From Calditrichia bacterium (lineage in GTDB: Bacteria; Calditrichota; Calditrichia; RBG-13-44-9): a DNA stretch of 17,282 nucleotides. The first letter of the stretch is position 1, and each line of letters begins with the position of its first letter. The notes under the pieces are model-generated. The model was not told the DNA's origin, did no database searches, and saw nothing but the letters and a program-made list of their open reading frames with translations. Position numbers and translations under genes: made by a program. Of this stretch, positions 8,248 through 16,650 are shown one piece after another. The stretch is taken from contig JARRQT010000074.1 of NCBI GenBank assembly GCA_037381445.1, positions 1-17,282 on the forward strand, in the 5' to 3' direction.

Positions 8248-10410
8248 GTGAAGAAAATAAATTTTGCTTTCGGCATCCACTGCCATCAGCCGGTGGGCAA
8301 TTTTGATTTTGTATTCGATGATGCATTTCATAAATCATACCAGCCGTTTCTGGACATTGTCGAAAAGTATCCCGACTTCAGGATTAACGTTCATTACACC
8401 GGGATTCTGCTGGATTGGATTCGGAAACATTATCCCGAACACATCCGCCAGTTGAAAAGGTTGGTTGAAGCGGGGCAGGTGGAAATGATGAGCGGCGGAT
8501 TTTATGAACCGATTCTTTCGGTCATTCCGCCCGAGGACGGGATCGGTCAGATCAGGAAATTGAACAAATGGATCGATGCTGCCTTAAATTATAAAGCGCG
8601 CGGGATGTGGCTGGCTGAGCGGGTGTGGGAACCGGAGCTCCCCTCGGTGATGCATGAAGCGGGCATGGAATATACGGTGATCGATGACGCCCATTTCAAG
8701 TATTCCGGCTTGCAAGACGAAGAGCTGCTGGGCTATTACATTACGGAAGATAACGGCCACCCCGTCAAAATTTTCCCCATCAGCATGAAATTGCGCTATA
8801 CAATCCCCTTTCAGAAAGCCGAAACGACTCTTGAATATCTCAGGGAAATTGCCGGGGAAGATGATGACCGCCTGGTGGTGTTCGCTGACGACGGCGAGAA
8901 ATTCGGGGTATGGCCAAACACCCACGAGCGGGTCTATACACAGGGATGGCTGGAGCAATTCATTCAGTTGATTCTGGAGAACTCGGACTGGATCAATCTG
9001 GTCCACTTTTCTGAAGCAGCAGATAAAATTAAGCCGCTGGACCGCATTTATCTTCCCACCGCTTCCTACGCGGAAATGATGCACTGGGCACTGCCTGCCA
9101 GGGCCTTCCGGGAATATGAGGATTTTGAATTCTATTTGAAGGAGCAGAAGGTTTATGATAAGGTGAGCGTTTTTGTGCGGGGAGGTTTCTGGCGGAATTT
9201 CATGGCGAAATATCCGGAGTCCAATCAGATGCACAAAAAAATGCTCTATCTCAGCAAAAAAAGCCGTGAGCTCTTCGCCGGAACGAATGGACCGTTATCG
9301 GAGCAGGCGCTTGATCATATCTGGGCGGGGCAGTGCAACTGCGCCTACTGGCACGGCGTCTTCGGGGGATTGTACCTGGGCCACCTTCGTCATGCAAACT
9401 ACGAAAATTTTATAGAGGCAGAGAAAATTCTGAGAAAGTTATCCGGCCGGGAAAATGAAGTAAATGTCATCGAAACAGACTACAATATGGATGGATTCTC
9501 CGAATTGCTGGTGGAAACTCCGTCGTTGAATATTTATCTGGAGCCCGAAAAGGGGGGACGAATCGCCGAGCTTGATTATCTGCCGGGAAATTTTAATCTG
9601 CTCAATTCGCTGACGCGCCGCAAGGAGGGATATCACTCCAGATTGCTGGAAGTGAATGTGGCCCAGGAAGAAGCTTCCCGGAGCGGAAATGACGGTGACA
9701 GCGTGGCCAGCATTCATGATCTGGTGGCGAGCAAGGAAGATAATCTGCAGCAATATCTTCATTACGACACCTATGAACGTAAATCGCTGCTGGATCATTT
9801 CCTGGGTTCGAATGTCACGATCGAGGACTTCCGGAATGCGGAGTATACCGAGGAGGGCGATTTCGTTGCAAAACCTTATCGGGCGATCACCCGAAAATCG
9901 AAAAACGGAGCGGTTGAAATCGAATTGAGCAGGCAGGGAAATCTACAAAGGGATAGGGTGGCCATTCCGTTGGCTGTCACCAAAACCATATCGATTGACG
10001 GGAATGGCTCCAAGCTTGAGATAAGCTATCGCCTGCAGAGTGAAAGCAATGAAAAAATCCCGCTTCGTTTCGGCGTGGAAATGAATTTCGGATTGCTGGC
10101 CGGCAATGCGGAAGACCGCTACTATTTTTCCGAGGACCGAAATATCGAACCGGCTAATCTGGCATCGGTTGGTATATTAAATAGGGCAAAACATTTAGGG
10201 CTGGCCGATGAATACTATAATCTCCGGATCAATATGCACAGCGAAAAAGCGGCTGAAATCTGGAGATTCCCCATCGAAACCATTTCACTTTCGGAAGCGG
10301 GTTTTGAACGAATCTACCAGAGTTCTGCGGTCATGTTTTTATTTGAGGTCGAACTTAACGGGACCTGGGACGTAAGATTGCAGATGAAAATAACACCTTT
10401 TAAACTTTAG
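8248..10410 (+). CDS. GH57 4-alpha-glucanotransferase / alpha-amylase
   Basis: HCHQP, SGGFYEPIL, GMWLAERVW (nucleophile Glu), DDGEKFG (acid/base Asp), YWHGVFGGLY, plus C-terminal domain ending SEAGFERIYQ. Start GTG 8248 (or TTG 8245) after AGAGGA. No signal peptide, so likely cytoplasmic. Confidence 0.92.
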   Translation: MKKINFAFGIHCHQPVGNFDFVFDDAFHKSYQPFLDIVEKYPDFRINVHYTGILLDWIRKHYPEHIRQLKRLVEAGQVEMMSGGFYEPILSVIPPEDGIGQIRKLNKWIDAALNYKARGMWLAERVWEPELPSVMHEAGMEYTVIDDAHFKYSGLQDEELLGYYITEDNGHPVKIFPISMKLRYTIPFQKAETTLEYLREIAGEDDDRLVVFADDGEKFGVWPNTHERVYTQGWLEQFIQLILENSDWINLVHFSEAADKIKPLDRIYLPTASYAEMMHWALPARAFREYEDFEFYLKEQKVYDKVSVFVRGGFWRNFMAKYPESNQMHKKMLYLSKKSRELFAGTNGPLSEQALDHIWAGQCNCAYWHGVFGGLYLGHLRHANYENFIEAEKILRKLSGRENEVNVIETDYNMDGFSELLVETPSLNIYLEPEKGGRIAELDYLPGNFNLLNSLTRRKEGYHSRLLEVNVAQEEASRSGNDGDSVASIHDLVASKEDNLQQYLHYDTYERKSLLDHFLGSNVTIEDFRNAEYTEEGDFVAKPYRAITRKSKNGAVEIELSRQGNLQRDRVAIPLAVTKTISIDGNGSKLEISYRLQSESNEKIPLRFGVEMNFGLLAGNAEDRYYFSEDRNIEPANLASVGILNRAKHLGLADEYYNLRINMHSEKAAEIWRFPIETISLSEAGFERIYQSSAVMFLFEVELNGTWDVRLQMKITPFKL

Positions 10411-10412
10411 GA

Positions 10413-10441
10413 TTGCATGCCCTTACTTGACGGCTTAAAAT
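10413..10441 (+). promoter_or_regulatory. Candidate sigma70 promoter for the S41 protease gene
   Basis: TTGCAT (10413-10418), 17-bp spacer, TAAAAT (10436-10441); strong RBS AAGGAGGT upstream of ATG 10502. Confidence 0.5.
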
Positions 10442-10501
10442 AACAGTGTGAAAAATAGTGAAAAAAATGTGTCAGCTTTTATAAAAAGGAGGTATCTCTA
10501 A

Positions 10502-12109
10502 ATGAATCGTAACAGGCGTACTCCTTACTATATTATCATCGCGTTGGTAATTCTGGGCACTTTCGGCTTTTTCCTGAATCAGCAGGGGTTGGCCGATATT
10601 CAGGATCTGTCCAAAAGCCAGATTGACAAATTCTTCCGGGTAGTGCAGCTTGTTAAATACTACTATGTGGAAGATGTAAAATGGGGTGACGCAATGCAGG
10701 GCGCCATTTCAGGCATGCTGGCCAAACTGGATCCCCATAGTGTCTACATTGAGCCTAAAAAGGTTGAGCAGAATAAAGAAGATTTCAGCGGACATTACGA
10801 AGGAATTGGTATTGAGTTTGATGTCATTGACGGATATATCACGGTGATTTCGCCCATTGCGGGCTCCCCCTCCGAGCAGCTCGGTATTCGGGCAGGTGAC
10901 AAGATCATTAAAATCGACGGCAAGTCCGCGGTTGGCATCAAACGGGATGATGTTCCCAAAAAACTGAAAGGCCCCAAGGGCACTTCCGTGGATGTCACCA
11001 TTGTGCGGGAAGGAATGGATGAACCGCTGGAGTTGACCATCGTCCGTGATGTCATTCCCATTTATACCGTCACCACCAAATTTATGGCGGACGACAGCAC
11101 CGGCTATATCTGGGTAAACCGTTTCGCTGCCACCACATCCACCGAGATGGACGAGGCTTTGCAGGAATTGTCCAAGAAGGGAATGCAGCGTCTGATACTG
11201 GATTTGCGCGGTAATCCCGGTGGTTACCTGCATGAGGCGGTGAAGATGGCCGGGAAATTTCTCCCCGGACATCAGGTGGTCGTGGAAACGCGGGGACGAA
11301 ACAATCGGGTGGACGAAAAATTCTATTCCGATCAGTTAAGAACCGGCACAGTGTATGATTTCCCGCTAATTGTAATGATCGATAGGGGTTCTGCTTCAGC
11401 ATCGGAAATTGTGTCCGGAGCCATTCAGGATTATGACCGCGGCCTGATTGTGGGAACCAACAGCTTCGGCAAAGGTCTGGTCCAAAAGGAATTTCCGCTT
11501 TCCGACGGCTCAGCCGTGCGCATCACAACCGCCAAATATTACACGCCCAGCGGGCGCTGCATTCAGCGGGACTATAAGGGGATGGATGTTTCCGAATATT
11601 ATGCGGAAAGTATGGACACCACCTGGATGAGTGAAGACAGTCTGGCCAACAGGCCGCAATTCCATACCAGCGGCGGGCGGATTGTATACGGCGGTGGCGG
11701 CATTCGTCCTGATATGGTAATACCCTATAAGGGAAATCCTAAATCTCCCAAACTTGTGAACAGCATTATGGTGAAGAGACTGTTCTTTGAATACGCAACG
11801 CAATACGCGAAGGCCCATCCGGGACTAAAGACAAATCTGGGGAAATTCCAGAGAGATTTTCAGATCACCGATAAAATCTTTAATGATTTCATGAGCTACT
11901 GCGAGGAGAAGGGCATTGAAAAAGATGAGGATGCCTTCCGAAATGACCAGCAATACCTGTCCATGCGGATAAAGGCGGAAATTGCCCGCAACTTCTGGGA
12001 ACGGGAGGGATTCTATTATGTCTTCTTGCATAATGATAATCAATTCCAGGAGGCTCTTAAGCTTTTTAAAGAAGCAAACCGGATCGCATTATTGAGCAAA
12101 TATGAATAA
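10502..12109 (+). CDS. ctpA: Carboxyl-terminal processing protease, peptidase S41A with PDZ domain
   Basis: N-terminal TM anchor, LDPHSVY, PDZ (GIGIEF...GIRAGDKIIKIDG), DLRGNPGG, GSASASEI (catalytic Ser), SFGKGLVQ (catalytic Lys), YYTPSGR, GGGIRPD. Confidence 0.93.
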   Translation: MNRNRRTPYYIIIALVILGTFGFFLNQQGLADIQDLSKSQIDKFFRVVQLVKYYYVEDVKWGDAMQGAISGMLAKLDPHSVYIEPKKVEQNKEDFSGHYEGIGIEFDVIDGYITVISPIAGSPSEQLGIRAGDKIIKIDGKSAVGIKRDDVPKKLKGPKGTSVDVTIVREGMDEPLELTIVRDVIPIYTVTTKFMADDSTGYIWVNRFAATTSTEMDEALQELSKKGMQRLILDLRGNPGGYLHEAVKMAGKFLPGHQVVVETRGRNNRVDEKFYSDQLRTGTVYDFPLIVMIDRGSASASEIVSGAIQDYDRGLIVGTNSFGKGLVQKEFPLSDGSAVRITTAKYYTPSGRCIQRDYKGMDVSEYYAESMDTTWMSEDSLANRPQFHTSGGRIVYGGGGIRPDMVIPYKGNPKSPKLVNSIMVKRLFFEYATQYAKAHPGLKTNLGKFQRDFQITDKIFNDFMSYCEEKGIEKDEDAFRNDQQYLSMRIKAEIARNFWEREGFYYVFLHNDNQFQEALKLFKEANRIALLSKYE

Positions 12110-12139
12110 AATAACGGGAATGGAAATCTTAAAAAAATA

Positions 12140-12168
12140 TTGACTTTCAACAATGTAATCCGTAAAAT
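12140..12168 (+). promoter_or_regulatory. Sigma70 promoter of the exbB-exbD-exbD-tonB operon
   Basis: TTGACT (12140-12145), 17-bp spacer, TAAAAT (12163-12168); A-tract upstream (UP-element-like); RBS AGGAGG at 12215-12220. Confidence 0.7.
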
Positions 12169-12230
12169 TTGCTACTTAGTTAGTAAAGTAAATAAATATT
12201 AGAAAAACCGAATTAGGAGGTCTAATTACT

Positions 12231-12845
12231 ATGGTTGAGTTATTTAAACAGGGTGGCGGCTTTATGTGGCCTATTCTTGTATCTTTGGTTCTTGGGCTCG
12301 CGATTGGGATTGCCAAGATGTGGACCCTCTGGCGCGCAGGTATCAACACCCGGCGTTTTATTGAGCGCGTTCGCACTGCATTGAAAGAAGGCGGGACAGA
12401 AGCTGCACTTGAGATCTGCGAAAACACACGCGGACCTGTTGCCTCCATTTTCCATGCTGGTCTCATGCGGGCAAAAGAAGGTATCGATTATGTAGAAAAG
12501 TCAATTACCAATGCGGGATCAATTGAAATGGCTTTCCTGGAGAAAGGCATGATCTGGCTTGGTTTTATTATCGTTGTTGCACCTATGCTCGGATTTACCG
12601 GGACGGTTTGGGGCATGATCGTCGCTTTCGACTCAATCAGAACTGCCAATGATATTTCTCCTGCCGTCGTGGCCGGTGGTATCTCCCAGGCATTGTTGAC
12701 AACGCTGTTTGGTCTGATTGTCGCTATGACCGTGCAGTTGTTCTATAACTGGTCTACCGCTCGTATTGACAAGCTCATCATCGACATGGAAGAAGCTTCC
12801 GTGCAGTTAGTCGATACCCTGGTTGAAATGGAAAAAGGCAAATAA
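12231..12845 (+). CDS. exbB: MotA/TolQ/ExbB proton channel protein
   Basis: LFKQGGGFMWPI N-terminus, APMLGFTGTVWGMI, VAGGISQALLTTLFGL; three TM segments; followed by exbD and tonB genes. Confidence 0.93.
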   Translation: MVELFKQGGGFMWPILVSLVLGLAIGIAKMWTLWRAGINTRRFIERVRTALKEGGTEAALEICENTRGPVASIFHAGLMRAKEGIDYVEKSITNAGSIEMAFLEKGMIWLGFIIVVAPMLGFTGTVWGMIVAFDSIRTANDISPAVVAGGISQALLTTLFGLIVAMTVQLFYNWSTARIDKLIIDMEEASVQLVDTLVEMEKGK

Positions 12846-12863
12846 CTTATAACGAGGAATAAA

Positions 12864-13274
12864 ATGGCAATTAAAAGAAGAAGAGAACGAGGAGAGATAG
12901 AAATTCCCTCCGCCTCTTTGCCTGATATTGTTTTCCAGCTTCTTATTTTCTTCCTGGTGACGACAACAATCGATGTTGATAAAGGTTTGGACCTGGTGCT
13001 TCCACCTCCCGGCAGTACACAGATTGAAATTGCAAAGAAAAATATCACCAATCTGCTTATCAATGATTCCGGTCAGATACTTATTGATGAAGAGGTGGTG
13101 CCCGTAGAGGAAGTAGACAATATTATCCGTGATAAATTACTTGAAAACGACAAACTGATCGTTTCGGTGAAAACGGCACGGAAGACAAAATACAATATCT
13201 ATATCAAGGTACTTGACCAATTAAAGAAGGCCGGAGCTACCCGTATATCGATTGCGGAACCTGAGGAATCATAA
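12864..13274 (+). CDS. exbD: ExbD/TolR biopolymer transport protein
   Basis: Basic N-terminus, IPSASLPDIVFQLLIFFLVTT TM helix with conserved Asp, periplasmic domain ending VLDQLKKAGATRISIA; RBS GAGGA at 12854-12858. Confidence 0.93.
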   Translation: MAIKRRRERGEIEIPSASLPDIVFQLLIFFLVTTTIDVDKGLDLVLPPPGSTQIEIAKKNITNLLINDSGQILIDEEVVPVEEVDNIIRDKLLENDKLIVSVKTARKTKYNIYIKVLDQLKKAGATRISIAEPEES

Positions 13275-13297
13275 GTAATAAAAAATATTAGGAACTT

Positions 13298-13648
13298 ATT
13301 TAGAAGGTCAGGCGAGGAAAAATTCCATTGAGTACGGTGTTGAGGGAGTATACCGGTTTGAAAGTAAGTTTACCAGAAGCATCAAAAATTGAAAAGCTGC
13401 CGACTAAAAGGCATGTAACAACAATTTGGGTAGATCGCTTTAATAATGTTGTAGATGATGATGTCACAGTCAAAAAGGTTAGTGATCTGAGAACAATTGT
13501 CTATAATAAACTCGTTGCAGACCCCCAGTTGATTGTATCTTTACGGGTCGATAAAGATGCGGATATGGGTATAATTAGTGATATTCAACAGGAGTTGCGA
13601 AAAGCAAATGCCTTGAGAGTAAATTATTCAGCACTACCAACCCATTGA
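13298..13648 (+). pseudogene. exbD: Second exbD copy lacking its TM helix and normal start (pseudogene, truncated protein, or assembly error)
   Basis: 13328-13648 encodes an intact ExbD periplasmic domain (VSLPEA...IVSLRVDKDADMGIISDIQQELRKANALRVNY). In frame upstream lie ATT-TAG-KVRRGKIP joined directly to LSTVLREY; the Asp-containing TM segment is absent. Confidence 0.75.
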
Positions 13649-13660
13649 GGTTAAGAACTT

Positions 13661-14305
13661 ATGGCAAAACACGAATTTATTTACAAAAATCCGGAAGTTG
13701 ATCTGAAACTCAAATATCGTCGAATATTTGAAGCTTCTCTGGTGGTTTCTTTAATCATTATGATAGCGCTCCTATATTCCTTCAAGAAATTTGAGTCATC
13801 ATATCAGCTGGAAAAGAAAGTCGATGTAAAAATCGAAACGGTGGAAATACCGCAAACCGAGCAGATTCACAGGCCACCGCCCCCGGCACGTCCTGTGATT
13901 CCGGTTGCTTCGGAGAATGAAGATATTCCTGATGAATTGACAATCGACGAGACCGAAATCGATTTCTCCAAGCCGATTGAGGAAGCACCGCCGCCTCCCC
14001 CGCAGGAGGAGGAGCCGATTGTGGAATTCTATGCACTCTCGGAAAAACCGGAAGTCATCAAACGGGTGGAACCTGATTATCCCGAACTTGCCCGCAAGGC
14101 TGGTATTGAAGGAATGGTCGTGGTAAAGGTTCTGATCAATACCAAGGGTGACGTGGAGAAGGTGGAAGTGGTTAAATCCCATCCCATGCTGGACGATGCG
14201 GCGATTGCTGCGGCAAAACAATTCAAGTTTAAGCCTGGCAAGCAGCGTGACCGGTTTGTGAAAGTGTGGATGACCATACCGTTTACTTTCAGATTGAAGA
14301 AATAG
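13661..14305 (+). CDS. tonB: Energy transducer TonB
   Basis: N-terminal TM helix, Pro-rich linker (RPPPPARP, APPPPPQEEEP), TonB C-domain PDYPELARKAGIEGMVVVKVLI...FKFKPGKQ...IPFTFRL. Confidence 0.93.
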   Translation: MAKHEFIYKNPEVDLKLKYRRIFEASLVVSLIIMIALLYSFKKFESSYQLEKKVDVKIETVEIPQTEQIHRPPPPARPVIPVASENEDIPDELTIDETEIDFSKPIEEAPPPPPQEEEPIVEFYALSEKPEVIKRVEPDYPELARKAGIEGMVVVKVLINTKGDVEKVEVVKSHPMLDDAAIAAAKQFKFKPGKQRDRFVKVWMTIPFTFRLKK

Positions 14306-14317
14306 GCTACATTTTGA

Positions 14318-14355
14318 ATAAAAAAGCAGTGCTCATAAGGCACTGCTTTTTTTAT
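14318..14355. terminator. Bidirectional-type rho-independent terminator after tonB
   Basis: AAAAAAGCAGTGC (14320-14332)-TCATAAG-GCACTGCTTTTTT (14340-14352), with an A-tract before and a T-tract after. Confidence 0.9.
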
Positions 14356-14576
14356 GTACAAGAATTTTAATTTCTTTCCTGTCGCTGAATTACTAAATTT
14401 TATATAATATGATTTTATGAAGGTTCAAAAAAGGTGATATTCTGCTTTGGATACCTGCAGTTTCCGGACCCTGTACTCTCTTTTTTCAGGAACTCTTTTT
14501 ATAAGGTGTGTATAATTTAAGGTAAGTTCGATATATTAAAGTTATCTATTAAATCATGTTGAAAACTATTCCCAAA

Positions 14577-14737
14577 TGTCATCCCAAGTCTACCCCCATG
14601 GGGCATGCCGCTAACGTGAATCCGCTGGAACAGGATTGCAAAATGCTTTTCCCTGATTGCCTGGATTCTCCCGGACAGACCACTTTGTGGCGGCAATCCC
14701 CCCGCAGCAAGTGCGGAACAGGCTCTACAGGAGTGAC
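14577..14737. repeat. Degenerate nested palindromic (REP/dRS3-like) extragenic element
   Basis: GC-rich island in an AT-rich spacer; outer arms TGTCATCCC / GGAGTGAC, inner GAATCC / CTGGATTC, several internal hairpins. Only one copy in the window, so repetitiveness is inferred. Confidence 0.55.
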
Positions 14738-14808
14738 GGATAAACCTGGAAGATTTCTTCATTCGAACTCACATTAATTTCAGACTATTGTGCGTTTTCA
14801 CAGATAAA

Positions 14809-15405
14809 ATGATGCTATCAAAAGATGAAAAAGAACAATATTATCAGGTGAGATTCAAAATTTCTTTGATCACCTCCCTGTTTCTGCTGACGATTTTATT
14901 CTATTTTTTCCCCCGCTTTGTTGAGCTGGGAAAAGTGGACAAGACGCCGGTTAATGTGAATATCTATGTGAATGAGGTGCCCATTACCTCTCAGCCAAAA
15001 CCCTTGCCTCCCCGCCGACCCGGCAAGCCCGAAGCGGCTATTCCGGTTCCGGGCGATGAGACCAAGCTGCCGGACGAATTTGTTATTAATGAACTGCCCG
15101 GAAATGTCGAAACCGAACAGTTTGCTGCCGGCATACCTCCCGAAATCCCGGCCCGTCCGTTGCTGGAAGTCTATCCCAATGTCAAAGGTAGTTCTTGCAA
15201 AGGCTATATTCGTTTGTTACTTTTAGTAGATCTGCATGGAAGAATTGAGGCTGTTGAGGTTCTGGAGAATACGACTGTGGATGAAAATTGCCTGGATATG
15301 GCGAAAAAAGCGGCATTCAGCAGCCGCTGGATGCCTGCGAAAGTGAAAAACAAACCTGTTGAGAGTTGGGTGACCAAGGTCTATAAATTCAATATTGACA
15401 AGTGA
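14809..15405 (+). CDS. TonB-family protein, diverged paralogue
   Basis: N-terminal TM (ISLITSLFLLTILFYFF), Pro-rich segment, TonB C-domain-like EVYP...GYIRLLLLVDLHGRIEAVEVLE...WMPAKVKNKPVESWV...YKF. Start ATG 14809 or 14812; uncertain, no clear RBS. Confidence 0.8.
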   Translation: MMLSKDEKEQYYQVRFKISLITSLFLLTILFYFFPRFVELGKVDKTPVNVNIYVNEVPITSQPKPLPPRRPGKPEAAIPVPGDETKLPDEFVINELPGNVETEQFAAGIPPEIPARPLLEVYPNVKGSSCKGYIRLLLLVDLHGRIEAVEVLENTTVDENCLDMAKKAAFSSRWMPAKVKNKPVESWVTKVYKFNIDK

Positions 15406-15411
15406 GGCACC

Positions 15412-16650
15412 ATGAAGATTGTCCTATTTGAAGATGAAAATTATGCCAATCTTTTGCCTTTGGTTTATTTCCGTCCGGTGTGGGAATTGCGCTGTGGCGC
15501 CACGCTGCTTATTGACAAAATGATGTCACACCTTGGGAAAGATTCGCTGGGACTTATTGCCCGCAGCTACTTGGCTGAGCATTACCTTGACTCTGACCAT
15601 ATTTTTTCCGGGAATGCTGCCGGTGAAGTATTGTTTCTGAATGGACGGGTGCTCATGAGCGGTTCAGCGGCGGAGGAATTGGCAAATCTGAATCCTGCTC
15701 GGGTTCTCACTAAAGACAATTCAGTTGTTGCCTTCAGGGCTTCCGGGAAGGCTCTCGGGGATTATTTTAAAGATGGGCTTTTGCTGCCCGATCGAGTTCT
15801 AAACGATTACACCGGTTTGGAAACAGAGATCCGGCTTATCTGGTATCCGTGGGATTTAATTGATCTGAATGGCAGTGAGATCTCGCGAGAATTCAGTGAA
15901 GAGAATCTGATCCAGCGGGATGCCAGAAGGTCGGATGACGGTGTATTTATCCTCGGAAAAGAAAATGTATATATTTCTGAAAATGCGAGAATCATGCCGG
16001 GGGTGGTGATCAATGCCGAAGATGGGCCGGTCTGGATTGAAGAGGGGGTCAAAGTGATGCCCAATGCAGTGCTCGAGGGTCCTTTGTATATCGGCAGAAA
16101 CAGCCTGATTAAAACCGGTGCCAAGATTTATGAAAATACCAGCATCGGCCCGGTCTGTAAAGTGGGCGGGGAGGTAGAGGAATCGATATTTCAGGAGTAT
16201 TCCAATAAACAGCACGACGGTTTTTTGGGACATTCCTATCTTGGTTCCTGGATAAATATCGGCGCCGATACCAACAACTCAGATTTGAAAAACAATTACG
16301 GAGAGATCAGTGCCTATCTGAATGGCAAACCCATCGAAACCGGAAGACGGTTTCTGGGTCTTATCATGGGCGATCACTCCAAAACGGCCATCAATACCAT
16401 GTTTAACACCGGCACAATTGTCGGAACAAACTGCAATGTTTTCGGCGCCGGATTTCCGCCCAAATTTATTCCCTCCTTTTCCTGGGGAGGAAGCTCAGGT
16501 TTGAGGGAATATAATTTTGATAAAGCTGTTGAAGTCGCTGAAGTGGTGATGGGCCGGCGAAATAAAGAATTCACAGAAAAAGATCTGCATCTGTTCAAAT
16601 CGGTCAAAGAGCTGGCATACAAAACCGAGAAAAGAGAGAGGGTGAGGTAA
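15412..16650 (+). CDS. Alternative GlmU-family protein (putative sugar nucleotidyltransferase-like domain plus left-handed beta-helix acetyltransferase)
   Basis: LLPLVYFRPVWELRCG N-terminus, YPWDLI, hexapeptide repeats, KVGGEVEES, SNKQHDGFLGHSYLGSWINIGADTNNSDLKNNY, MGDHSKTAINTMFNTGT, PPKFIPSFSWG. RBS GAGG overlaps the upstream stop. Confidence 0.88.
   Translation: MKIVLFEDENYANLLPLVYFRPVWELRCGATLLIDKMMSHLGKDSLGLIARSYLAEHYLDSDHIFSGNAAGEVLFLNGRVLMSGSAAEELANLNPARVLTKDNSVVAFRASGKALGDYFKDGLLLPDRVLNDYTGLETEIRLIWYPWDLIDLNGSEISREFSEENLIQRDARRSDDGVFILGKENVYISENARIMPGVVINAEDGPVWIEEGVKVMPNAVLEGPLYIGRNSLIKTGAKIYENTSIGPVCKVGGEVEESIFQEYSNKQHDGFLGHSYLGSWINIGADTNNSDLKNNYGEISAYLNGKPIETGRRFLGLIMGDHSKTAINTMFNTGTIVGTNCNVFGAGFPPKFIPSFSWGGSSGLREYNFDKAVEVAEVVMGRRNKEFTEKDLHLFKSVKELAYKTEKRERVR

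Noticed and set aside
6984..11272. Long minus-strand ORFs (6984-7754, 7837-8331, 8584-9234, 10709-11272) and other nested short ORFs
   Set aside because: All are antisense or alternate-frame shadows of well-supported + strand genes and have no motifs.
13272..13331. Read-through or frameshift fusion of exbD1 to the exbD2 domain, which would supply the missing TM
   Set aside because: It would require both TAA read-through and a frame change (the exbD1 frame stops again at 13329-13331), and no stimulatory structure is evident.
14577..14737. Cobalamin or TPP riboswitch upstream of a TonB gene
   Set aside because: I could not find the B12 box or other cobalamin core motifs, or the TPP CTGAGA core, in the expected arrangement; an Rfam scan would be decisive.
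14517..14777. ORFs 14556-14777 (+, 73 aa) and 14517-14762 (-, 81 aa) as small proteins
   Set aside because: They coincide with the palindromic element, have no RBS, and read like translated repeat sequence (CHP...NP, LDS, CGTGSTGVT).
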